Shown here: positions 20,896-30,300 of the stretch, one piece after another
Layout: each line of letters begins with the position of its first letter
Position numbering within the stretch: position 1 is the stretch's first letter
NCBI GenBank assembly: GCA_963664225.1
Contig: OY760937.1
Coordinates: forward strand, 1,248,001 to 1,312,000
Length of the DNA stretch: 64,000 nucleotides
Direction of reading: 5' to 3'
From: Verrucomicrobiia bacterium
Lineage (GTDB): Bacteria > Verrucomicrobiota > Verrucomicrobiia > Limisphaerales > UBA1319
Program-made: the position numbers and the translations under genes
The notes under the pieces: generated by a model
What the model saw: the letters and a program-made list of their open reading frames with translations, nothing else
Databases searched by the model: none
What the model was told of the DNA's origin: nothing

Positions 20896-20906
20896 GGCAA
20901 GGAATA

Positions 20907-22145
20907 TCAAAGCCCTCTTGGGCCAACAATCACAATAATCCGCATCCGTTCCGTCGTTTCGGACAGATCCTTCTCCAGTGCGGTGGGTTTGTCACAATAC
21001 CTTTCCGGGTCGTAAACGAAGCAAATCAGGGTGCGGCAGTGGGGATGCGATTTGTATCTTTCCTTGTCTTCGGCCAACTGGGAGGTGAGCTCGCGTTGGC
21101 CAAGGTTCTTGCGAGTCATCTTCACCTCGACAACTACCTCTTCAGGCATGAGCAGGAAGTCCATTCGCGCTGAACTTCCTCCGTGGCTGGGAGTGGTTTC
21201 CTCAGGCCGCACGTCTTCAAAATGGAGTTGCAGCAGTGCGTGCATGAGGTCCTGCACGTCATACTCATCCTTGATCTGGATTCCTTTGCGTTTGTCGTGC
21301 CGCTTCTGCAACTGTTTTGCGAACAAGGGAAACCGCCTGCAAATGGATTCTACCAGTGACGCTGCATCCTGCGTGCTTCTGGACAGAATCCAGGTATCGG
21401 CAATGGCGGAGCAGAGCCTTGATCGGATTGCCTGCCTCAGCGAGCAGCAGAGAACGGACGCCTCCGCCAAGTCATGAACGTTTAGCTCAGATTCCAAGCT
21501 ACTCAAAAGCAGAGCCTTGTCCACGGGTGCAAAGGCGTGGTCGGTGAAAGTCGCAAACGCCTTGGAAGCGCTTCCGACCCACCGTGCTAGGGCCAACTCC
21601 TGAGCCCGGAGGCCTGCCCATTGGGATGGTGTATTGACAGTTTTCTGGACGCCAAGGATGTCGCCAGCGAACTGATGCAACGTTGATTCCCAGAAGCTGA
21701 CGCCGCTTGATTTTGCCAACTCTGCCAAAGCACCGATCAGCCACTCCACCTGTTGATCTTCGTGGTGTTTGCAGCAGGACAATCCAAGTGCAAGGCCAAC
21801 CACTTCGAGCGGGCGATATGCAAACGACGAACGGTCCACAGGGAACAATTCGCGCTTCTGGAGCCGCTGCAAGGCTTTCAGCCACGCAGCCTCGTCTGGC
21901 AGAGCCGACCGCCACAGCCCAGCCGCCATCGCGCTACCTGCAGCGGCGAGAATTGGGGCTTCGTCAAGGCGCTTCGCGTCCAGTGAAATCTTGGCCTCTG
22001 TCAGAAATGAAGGCACTTCACCGATTTTCCTGTAAATGACACCCGCGAATGCCATCGCTGGCGAAAAAGACCCCACGTTACGCCGTTGGAACTCATCCAG
22101 GCGTGCCAACTGAGCCGCGAGGCTGTGGTGCAAGACGTCGCTCAT
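20907..22145 (-). CDS. Argonaute-associated nuclease with C-terminal DpnII/MboI-like PD-(D/E)XK domain
   Basis: DEYDVQDLMHALL...VRPEETTPSHGGSSARMDFLL...VVEVK motif; ATG at 22145 overlaps the pAgo stop (ATGA). Confidence 0.88.
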   Translation of the reverse strand: MSDVLHHSLAAQLARLDEFQRRNVGSFSPAMAFAGVIYRKIGEVPSFLTEAKISLDAKRLDEAPILAAAGSAMAAGLWRSALPDEAAWLKALQRLQKRELFPVDRSSFAYRPLEVVGLALGLSCCKHHEDQQVEWLIGALAELAKSSGVSFWESTLHQFAGDILGVQKTVNTPSQWAGLRAQELALARWVGSASKAFATFTDHAFAPVDKALLLSSLESELNVHDLAEASVLCCSLRQAIRSRLCSAIADTWILSRSTQDAASLVESICRRFPLFAKQLQKRHDKRKGIQIKDEYDVQDLMHALLQLHFEDVRPEETTPSHGGSSARMDFLLMPEEVVVEVKMTRKNLGQRELTSQLAEDKERYKSHPHCRTLICFVYDPERYCDKPTALEKDLSETTERMRIIVIVGPRGL

Positions 22146-24433
22146 AGGAACCATTTGCTTGCGCGCAACTTGATGTTCAGCATCGCTGGTGACCAATCAG
22201 GGACGGTTCGCATCCGACTCAACAGGCCGGCGATCAGCTCGGAATAGTAGATGGTGACGGGCAGCTTTGCCGGCAGAGTGGAACGCCACGACAGAGAGGT
22301 GAACTTCAACACCTGCTCAGCCAGCGAAGCCAGGTCACGATAACTGGATTCTGGATGAATACGCACCAGCAAGGGCACCGGCAGCGGTGAAACCGGGCGC
22401 TTGATCAATTCAGGTCCGTTGGTGCAGAGCAGCCGCGTGAAAGCTCCAAGCTGCGCGATGACACCACGCTGCGGCACGAAAACGGCCTTCCTCATTTCAC
22501 CGTGGTTCCTCATCGGTATGCCTGGCTGATCGCAATCAAACAGTCGGAACGGATGATCCTGCGTGACAGTCAGGAACGCGAACTCCACGTTCTGTTCATC
22601 TCCAACGGTTGCGACGCAGTCCTTCATGATGCTCGCAAGCTCCAGCTTCTTGAGCGGCTTAAAGGAATGCACGACCACGCGAACGGTGTCCCCCGGCTGC
22701 CAACCGTTTCGTTTCTTGATCTCTTTCAGGATCTCCACAGTCGAACGCTGAAGCACCTCCGGATAGTCGTCGTATCCACACTCCGATGACAGGTTCGAGA
22801 GCAGATAGTTTCCATCACCCCTGAAAACGGTGGTGATGCCGATGAAACGCTTGCGAGCCTCGAACCTGCTTTCTCGCATCTCGCAGGAACCGAGACCGAG
22901 CACCAACTCGTCCGCGATGGTCAGGTCGTGGTCCACTGTCCAAGGGATGCCGTTCAGCTTCGCGTAAAGGGCCACTGAGATGTTTTGCAGGTTATACTGG
23001 AGACTGGCTTCGGGCTGGCTGATGGTAAACACTCGAACATCCTGCACCGGGATTCCGGCCATCAGCAGCACTGCCTTGGAGTGAAGATATGGGTTTTGCG
23101 GGTCTGGAAGTCTGGCGTGGTCGTTCAAAATCGTCACGATGGCAGCATCGAACTGCGCGTCCCGACTCAGGAACTCGCTGATCGTTCTGCGGTATATTGC
23201 GGCTGGACTATCGTTTTGTCGGGGGAAGAGCGGTATGCGGCAGGGCACGAACTGGGGATTCACCAGGCAGAAAGATTTTGCAAAACCACCACCGTAGCGG
23301 CTATTCTGTAATCCTGTGATACCATCCCGGAAATACTTGAGGAAGCGCTCTGCCGGTCCTTGCACCGAATCCGGAAACACGAAGAGAATCCGCGGCGACT
23401 TCTTGGCCAAGGTGTCGCGGCTGAACGGGCCGAAACTCTCGAGACCAGGCCAGGCATATTTGTTCCTCTTGCTACGCGCTGAATCGAAGCAATAGTCTAC
23501 CACTGGAGCCTGAACAACAGTCTTGTAGTTGCCCACGTTCTGCATTCGGATGCGTTCACCGATTGAACACTGGATATCCGGACACAAAGTCAGCGGAGAT
23601 GCCTTTCGCAAATACTCACCCATGCGCCCAACCCGTTCGTCGAGGGCATCGCCAACCAGCACCAGTCCCTCTTGCTCTTGGCGTTCCTTTTCGAAGTCAT
23701 CGTATGCCTTGCCAAGCAACTGCTTGAGGCAATGTGCGAACGAAGCCCTCGACCCCTCCAGAAGAACATCGTCCACGAAAATGTCAGTCACTTTGTCGTG
23801 GGCTTCAGAGAGCGTGATTCTCTGCCCGATCACTTCCTTGATGCGGCCAACCAGCCTGCGGCCTTTTGGATCTGGAACCCGTCGCACGACATAAAGCCCT
23901 GCCACATCAATCCCAGACGTCTTGAGTTCGTCCAAGGGTGCGAGAATCTGCCAGTTCGTGGCGATGTCCACGAAAAGTCCGACCCGCAGCTCTCCCTCGC
24001 GCAATTCAATCATCCTGGCGTCCAACTCGAAAGTAAGGGAAATCTTGAACTTGCTCACAACGGGCGGGAGCCGTGTCAGCCGGGTTAAGATCGCTGCCAC
24101 AATTTCTTCTTTCTGACCACGAAACTTGAATGGCTTGCGCCGAAACGCTTCATACTGTGGGAACTTCTCCGGTAAAACGTCCGTCAACCGTCGCGCCAAC
24201 AGGGAGAGATGATCGGCGACTTTCAGCGTCTGTGCATGCCCGAATGGTTTTGACGGCGTTGCGCATTTCGGCAGTCCGTATGCAACCCCATCGTGCCAGT
24301 GGATAAACCATTCATCACCCAGTGCCTCCCGAGTAGGTTCCAACTGCTGGTTGTCGGGCATCGGGCTGACATAGCCGGTGAAGTCCTCCTTCGTGAAGGA
24401 CACTGAAAAGCCGTTGAAGAACAGGTTGCTCAT
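22142..24433 (-). CDS. long-B prokaryotic Argonaute (RsAgo-like, catalytically inactive PIWI)
   Basis: MID YLHSK..VQ..NISVALYAKLNGIPW; PIWI LVLGLG (no catalytic Asp), IGITTVFRGDGNY, KFTSLSWRSTLP..PVTIYYSELIA, terminal SKWFL; recalled close resemblance to Rhodobacter sphaeroides Ago. Confidence 0.95.
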   Translation of the reverse strand: MSNLFFNGFSVSFTKEDFTGYVSPMPDNQQLEPTREALGDEWFIHWHDGVAYGLPKCATPSKPFGHAQTLKVADHLSLLARRLTDVLPEKFPQYEAFRRKPFKFRGQKEEIVAAILTRLTRLPPVVSKFKISLTFELDARMIELREGELRVGLFVDIATNWQILAPLDELKTSGIDVAGLYVVRRVPDPKGRRLVGRIKEVIGQRITLSEAHDKVTDIFVDDVLLEGSRASFAHCLKQLLGKAYDDFEKERQEQEGLVLVGDALDERVGRMGEYLRKASPLTLCPDIQCSIGERIRMQNVGNYKTVVQAPVVDYCFDSARSKRNKYAWPGLESFGPFSRDTLAKKSPRILFVFPDSVQGPAERFLKYFRDGITGLQNSRYGGGFAKSFCLVNPQFVPCRIPLFPRQNDSPAAIYRRTISEFLSRDAQFDAAIVTILNDHARLPDPQNPYLHSKAVLLMAGIPVQDVRVFTISQPEASLQYNLQNISVALYAKLNGIPWTVDHDLTIADELVLGLGSCEMRESRFEARKRFIGITTVFRGDGNYLLSNLSSECGYDDYPEVLQRSTVEILKEIKKRNGWQPGDTVRVVVHSFKPLKKLELASIMKDCVATVGDEQNVEFAFLTVTQDHPFRLFDCDQPGIPMRNHGEMRKAVFVPQRGVIAQLGAFTRLLCTNGPELIKRPVSPLPVPLLVRIHPESSYRDLASLAEQVLKFTSLSWRSTLPAKLPVTIYYSELIAGLLSRMRTVPDWSPAMLNIKLRASKWFL

Positions 24434-24439
24434 TGATGA

Positions 24440-25408
24440 TTAGGCAGCAGGTGGACTTGTGACAACATTACCGTATATTTCCGGCAGCGCTTTCATGACC
24501 TCTGGAAAGACAGCCCCGGGAGGAAGCAAGAGCATGGCCGGTGCAATCGCGTTTAGCAAATCACGTCTACCAACATTTCTAAACAGCAGGGCGGCAGACA
24601 TGAGCGCCGGAGCCAGTCCCCGCATCATTTCGGCCAGTTGTTCATTCGTCTTACAAGTTCCAACCCACCATGCAAGGCCCCCGTTGTAGCCATCCGGGTT
24701 CGTGTCACCACAAATGAAACCGCCGCGAATTGTGAGGTTGAACCACCAGAAGAACGGCGTCTGCATTTGCGCATAACGAGCGCTTTGCGCCCCGAGGTCC
24801 AGAACTTTGCGCAACGACACCTTTTTCTTGTTCAGCGCTTTCTCATCATCGAGCTCATCAACAGATATCGTGGTAATCGGAAAGCCGAGTTCCACCCGAA
24901 ATCGCTTTCTGCCACCTGCAGCGGGGTCAACTCCCAGATCTTTTGGCTGATCTACGCCGCAAACTGAGCCCGACTTTCTTAGGTTGGGCACAAGTTCAAT
25001 AATCCCGCATTCAGCCTTGTGTTGGTGGTAAACGAACCAAGCCGGAAGTGTTGAATAGAGCGACAGCGTCCTTTTGTTCTTGTTCACGACAGCCAACATA
25101 AGCGGAAGGCCTAAACTAAAGAACCAGTCAAAATGAGCTGTGTAGGTCGAGTCGCCTTTTTGAGAGTCTGGCGGGGCAAGAACAATCTTGGGCTTTGACG
25201 CGGATTTCACAGACACCAGGTAGTGAGAAGTGAAGCTGAGCAGGTCCGCCTTGGAGTTATAATCCGACAGGTTGCAGACCAGATCAAAACCGATGTCCTC
25301 CTACCGCGGGACTTGCGTAACCAATCCGAGACCAGAAAGGATATATACCGCGAGGTATTCGCTTCGGTCTCCTTGCCTAAAATCAGGGTGTCGTGTGCCA
25401 GTTGACAT
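24440..25408 (-). pseudogene. PD-(D/E)XK (DUF4365-like) nuclease gene interrupted by an in-frame TAG
   Basis: From ATG 25408: MSTGTRHPDFRQGDRSEYLAVYILSGLGLVTQVPR*EDIGFDLVC...LVSVKS; TAG at 25301-25303 is in frame with the 258-aa ORF. Confidence 0.75.
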
Positions 25409-25417
25409 AAAAGCTGT

Positions 25418-27379
25418 TCAAATATTGTCCCTCAGAAACCGCCGCTCCTTCTCTGTTGAAGAAAACGGCGGATGCACCAGCCAGGGCATGCCTTTCAGGT
25501 GCTCTGGCGGCGGTTCAGTGGTGGTGATAATGTATTGGATTGGCGCTTCTGCCTCGCTGAACTCCTCGTCCTTGGGAATGTCGAAGATGCGCCGGTAAAT
25601 GGAGGCGGTCAGGTCAGCTTCACGGGGGCTGTCGTGAATCAGGAAGCCAGGGTGCTGTTCGATTTGGCGGGCTGATGAGAGCAAGGCTGCGAGGTCGAAA
25701 ATCAGAACCTTTAGCGTCGTCAATGCCGTGCTTGTCAGGTCGCTATAATCGAGTTCCAGTTTCACATCGTCGGCAAGGAAACGCACCGTGCCGCGATTCT
25801 CCGATTGCAGGACTCGTCCAGCGAGCAGGCTGAACACCTCTGAGAAATCCGACTGGCGGGCCGTCGCCTTTTGCCGCAGACTTTCCTGGTAATCCGTTGA
25901 CTTCCGCTGCTCGCCTTGAAGTCGCTCGGATTTCTTTTGCTCGGCCTCCAGTTCTTCGGTGAGGGTCAAAAGGTCCGAAGTGACTTCATGCTTGCGCCGC
26001 GCAAGGGAGAGGTCCCCCTCTAACGCTTCGATTCTTTCCTGATGCTTCTGGCGGGCAGTTGCAATTTGCTTTTCGAGCCGTTGTTTCTCTTTCACACTTT
26101 CGGCCTGTTCACGTTTTAATCGACCGACTTGGTCCTGAAGGCTAGACACCCGCGCCTGTAATACGCCCTGGGTGGACTGAAGTTCAGCCAGGACATGCTC
26201 GGCAAAGCGATTGGGATGCAGCGCCTCCGCGAGCTTGCATCCGTGCGCGATTGCCAGTTCAAGCGGGGCGCTGCACTGGTCAGCCCGCAATGGCATCTGA
26301 GCTAGCTGTTGACGATATTCCTCCTGAGTGATGCGTTTTTCATGGAAATCCAAGGTAAGCGTCGCCTTCTTTCCATCATTCTCTGCGTCCTCCAGTTTCT
26401 TAGCCAAATCTGCCAGTTGTGTGATTTTCTTGTCTCTTTGAACTGGCAGCAAATCGCCCGCGCCATCCCGTTGCCGCATTTCGCCAATCAAGTTAAGAAT
26501 CCGGGTTTCCTCCTTTTCAAGCCCGGCCTTCTCCACCGTCAACGTGCTCTCCATGATCGTGGCATCTGGCGCATTCATCACGCTGCGGTATTTCTTCTCC
26601 GCCCGCCCACGTACGTAAGTTAGCTTGGGAATTAGCGTGTCACAGTCTCCCTTGTCTCGAAGAAGTCGCATATGTTCCCGCCGCGCCTCAAGCTCTCCAG
26701 GTTGGGTTAATCCCAGCACCGTGCGAACCAGAAGCGTGCGGTCTGAGCTGTGAATGTCGCCTAGAGACGACGCGCCCCCGTAACTGGAACGCCAGTCGAG
26801 CACATGGTCGTAGCGCGCTTCCTGGTCACGGCTCAACCACGCGAGCAGGTGCGCCCAATCCACTTGCTTGCCAGAACCCGGATAGACTTCAATTGGCAAC
26901 GGTTGGATGAACGCCTTCTGCAACGCGCGCACGAAATCGGCGTACGCCTGCCGATCGACACTCGCGTCAAACAACTTCTCGAATGTCACTCCGCGTGCGC
27001 TCCAATGCGGGCCGCCCGTGATGCCGACAAATCGGCCCACCAGCCACGCCTCGCCATCGAGATGCACCTCACCGGCCACCCACGCGTTGGGGAATTTGTT
27101 CCGAAACGCATCGCGAAACGTGTCGTTCCCGAAGTTGGAATCTCCCAGCAAGTAGCGGAGGAATCGGCAGAACGTCGTTTTCCCAGCCGCATGTCCGCCC
27201 GCACCTTGTTCGGATGGTTCAGCCCAGAGGATATTCAAGCCCTGTCGCAGAGTGATCCGCCGTTGGAGCGCATCCGGCTTCCACTCCCGATACACTGCGA
27301 GTTCCTTCACCCACAGCCGCGGTTCGCGGCGTGTTGCAGTTGGCAGCGTGGAGGCAAAAGGAAGGTCTGGTGTTTTCAT
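25418..27379 (-). CDS. SMC/Rad50-like coiled-coil ABC ATPase (ABC-three-component/Lamassu LmuB-like)
   Basis: GLNILWA..GHAAGKTT Walker A, long coiled coil, PGFLIHDSPREADL Walker B, QYIITTT. Confidence 0.85.
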   Translation of the reverse strand: MKTPDLPFASTLPTATRREPRLWVKELAVYREWKPDALQRRITLRQGLNILWAEPSEQGAGGHAAGKTTFCRFLRYLLGDSNFGNDTFRDAFRNKFPNAWVAGEVHLDGEAWLVGRFVGITGGPHWSARGVTFEKLFDASVDRQAYADFVRALQKAFIQPLPIEVYPGSGKQVDWAHLLAWLSRDQEARYDHVLDWRSSYGGASSLGDIHSSDRTLLVRTVLGLTQPGELEARREHMRLLRDKGDCDTLIPKLTYVRGRAEKKYRSVMNAPDATIMESTLTVEKAGLEKEETRILNLIGEMRQRDGAGDLLPVQRDKKITQLADLAKKLEDAENDGKKATLTLDFHEKRITQEEYRQQLAQMPLRADQCSAPLELAIAHGCKLAEALHPNRFAEHVLAELQSTQGVLQARVSSLQDQVGRLKREQAESVKEKQRLEKQIATARQKHQERIEALEGDLSLARRKHEVTSDLLTLTEELEAEQKKSERLQGEQRKSTDYQESLRQKATARQSDFSEVFSLLAGRVLQSENRGTVRFLADDVKLELDYSDLTSTALTTLKVLIFDLAALLSSARQIEQHPGFLIHDSPREADLTASIYRRIFDIPKDEEFSEAEAPIQYIITTTEPPPEHLKGMPWLVHPPFSSTEKERRFLRDNI

Positions 27380-27385
27380 AGGGGT

Positions 27386-30300
27386 TTATGCGGCTGCCCA
27401 GAGTTTGAGGACTTCTTCCGGGACTGCTTCCAGCCAAGGCTTCGTTACGGTTCCTGCCGCGGCTGCATGGCTTAAGGCCATCTTGGCATCAACCAGCGTC
27501 CAGTCGAAGGTGATGGCTGTCCATTGAAGCCCTTTGAAAATCAAATGGCCGTTTTCCTCCGGGCGAATGTTCAGGGCGTGACGCATGACGATCAAATCGT
27601 GTAGCGCGGCCTGGAACGCCTTCGGGTCAACCAGGGACGATGGGAATTGTGACCGCCAAAGGCCGAACACTGAAGAGGCGCCTGTCGGAAGCGAGACAGC
27701 AGACATGGGGGGCGCGGCCAGGAACGTCAGGGCTTCCAAAAGCTCGGTATAGCCCAGTCTGTCACCAGCCATTTGGACCAGCGCCGGGATGAGCGTGACG
27801 TAAAACTCCGCTGGAGTGTTGATATGCGGGCGGCGTCTGGATGGTAGAACAAAATCGAAACCCGCAACCACTTCCTGCAAGCTGGGTGGATGGATTGCTT
27901 TGGGAATGGGAACTTGCTTTGCCGGATGACAGCAGAGTGGGTCTGCCGGGGGCGTATCCAGGCGGGTTTGGTAGGGGGTGCTGGTGCGGATAGATTCGGC
28001 GAGGGCGTCGTAAATTTCCAGGATGGTGTCTTTGGTGCGGTAGGTGCCGCATTTGGCCTCGTCCTTGCGTTTAACGATGGGGAAGGTGTCCATGATATAG
28101 GCCACGGCATCGCGAGGCGTGGGGAATGCTTGAGTCAGCGCGGCGGGGTTTTTGCGCCATTCTTCTTCTGAACCGAGGTAGAGGTGGAAGAAGGCGGCGT
28201 CCAACTCGCAGCGGAGCATGAAGCGGCGCTCCTCGTCCCAACGGAACGGCGGGCCGGACCAGTCGCAGTCCTGCGCGAACGCCTCCAAGTCCCACGCCGT
28301 GTAGGTCAGCTCCAGAACGCGTGGCAACATCCACTCGTTGAGCCGGCTCACTCCGTGCGCCCAGGGACAGTCGGCTTCATACTGCGGCAGCCCGATTACA
28401 GGCAACTGGCCGAGGTAGTGCCCACGGAGGTGGAGCCCTGCGACTTTCTGGCGCGCAACGTAGTCGAACGGAAGGGAGTTCAGGTTCGCTAGCAGACAAG
28501 CAGTCATGCTCGCGGCCTGTTCGGTCCCAAGCCAGGGCAGAGAGTCGGTTAGAGCAACTCCTGCCAGCATCGCTGCGATAGAGGTCCGCTCGTTTGTTGA
28601 CGAGGTGACGTCCTTTACCGCCAGACACCACCGTGGCACACCTCCACAGCGTTCGGCGACGCTCGCTGAGTTTACCCAGAACATAGGCAATGCCAGTTGC
28701 GCTGCGTCTTCGTGCTGCGACTCGGACAGTGCGACGGGCTGATTTCGCCGGACACGGTTGGTGGGATCGAACCGGATGCTCGCCGCCCGATGGTCATACA
28801 TGCCAACCATCTTTCCCTCGTAGAATGGCAGCCAAACCTCCTGATCCTGCACGTAACGATTTCCGTCCAGGTGGCATCCGGCGGTTTCAAGTTCCTCTGC
28901 CGTGCGATGACCCTTCATTTCGGCGTTCATCATGAACATCAGCATCGGCCTGATTCCCCAAGGGTGATCGCCGTCGCTACTGCCAATGATGGAGCCGACC
29001 TTCTGCATCTGGAGAGTCAAAACGTAATCATGCCGAGAGCGGAACAGTGGTGCGGTTCGGCTCAGCGGGTTCAAGGCACAGACAGCGTGGTGTGACAGCA
29101 GAACGTGGCGCCAAGAATCTGCCAGGTCGGAAGCCGAGTGCGCGAAGAAGACGAAGTCTGTTTCAGCACAGGCACCGTGACCGCCAATTGTGAGGAGGGA
29201 GAATCGGTATCTGCTGTCAACACTTGGGAAGAGACCTAGTCGGTTCTCGAAGTCGAAGAGGCTGACCAATCGCCCTTCGCCATGCAGCGCGGAGAAGTGG
29301 TCTTGGGAGAACGAATCGGAAGCGAAACCGGACGGCAGCACGATTCCAACTCGTCCGGCTGGCCGCACCAGTGTATGCCCTGCTTCAAGGAACAAGCGGT
29401 AGAGGTTCATCCTGCCAGTGGCAGAAAGGGGGAATCCTCCGCTGTGGGCCATGAAGTGCCGTTGTCCATAAGTCACACGGACATACTCTTGATACGATTG
29501 CCACAACGCAGGCTCTGAAGCACGAATTCTGGCCAGCACGGCAGCTTTGTCCTTCGCGCTCTTGACGGACAGGATTTCGGGGAAACTGGCGGCGAAGAAC
29601 TCATTGTCCTTCACCTCCTGCACGTCCCAGGGAGGATTGCCAAGGTTCACGTCGAAGCCGCCTTGCGCGGACACTTCGGGAAAGGCGAGATGCCAGTGGA
29701 AGAATTGGTATTGGTCGGCCAGTCGCTTGGCTTCGGCGAGCAGGCCGTCGGGCAGTGCTCCGCCTGCCACAAAGTCGCGGAGGTGCTGCGTCGTAATGCC
29801 GATGGGGACTTCTAAACTCGCTCGACTGCCCGCTTTGGCTTTCTTGGCTTTCGGGGCTTCTTCCGTGCCGCCGAAAAGGCCGGCTTGCGTTTCCGTGGGG
29901 CCGGAGGGGGCAGGCAACTTGAGATTGGAGATTTGAGACGTCCCACCAAGGAAATGCTTCTTGATGACGAAGGCAGAGCACCAGAGATTCGCCAAATCCC
30001 AGGCTTTCTGAAAATCGAAATTGGACTGCTCGGCTCGGTAGGCGTCCTCTTTGCACTTGATGTCCTCGGGTCGGCTGTCGCCCATTTCATCAATGGCCGC
30101 CGCCGCTTGGTTCATGCGATCCCGGAGGGTGGTGTCCTCGGCAATGAACAGATGGCGCAGTCCCTCGCGTTGCGCGCGGTTCAGTTTCTTGAGACTAGCA
30201 CAGGCTTCCTTGTCGTCGCCCTCGATGGGGTCGAAGGCTTCGTCGGGGAGGCCGACGGAGATGAGTTCCGGAGTCGTGCCGAGGAGGCTGTTGCCGCAGC

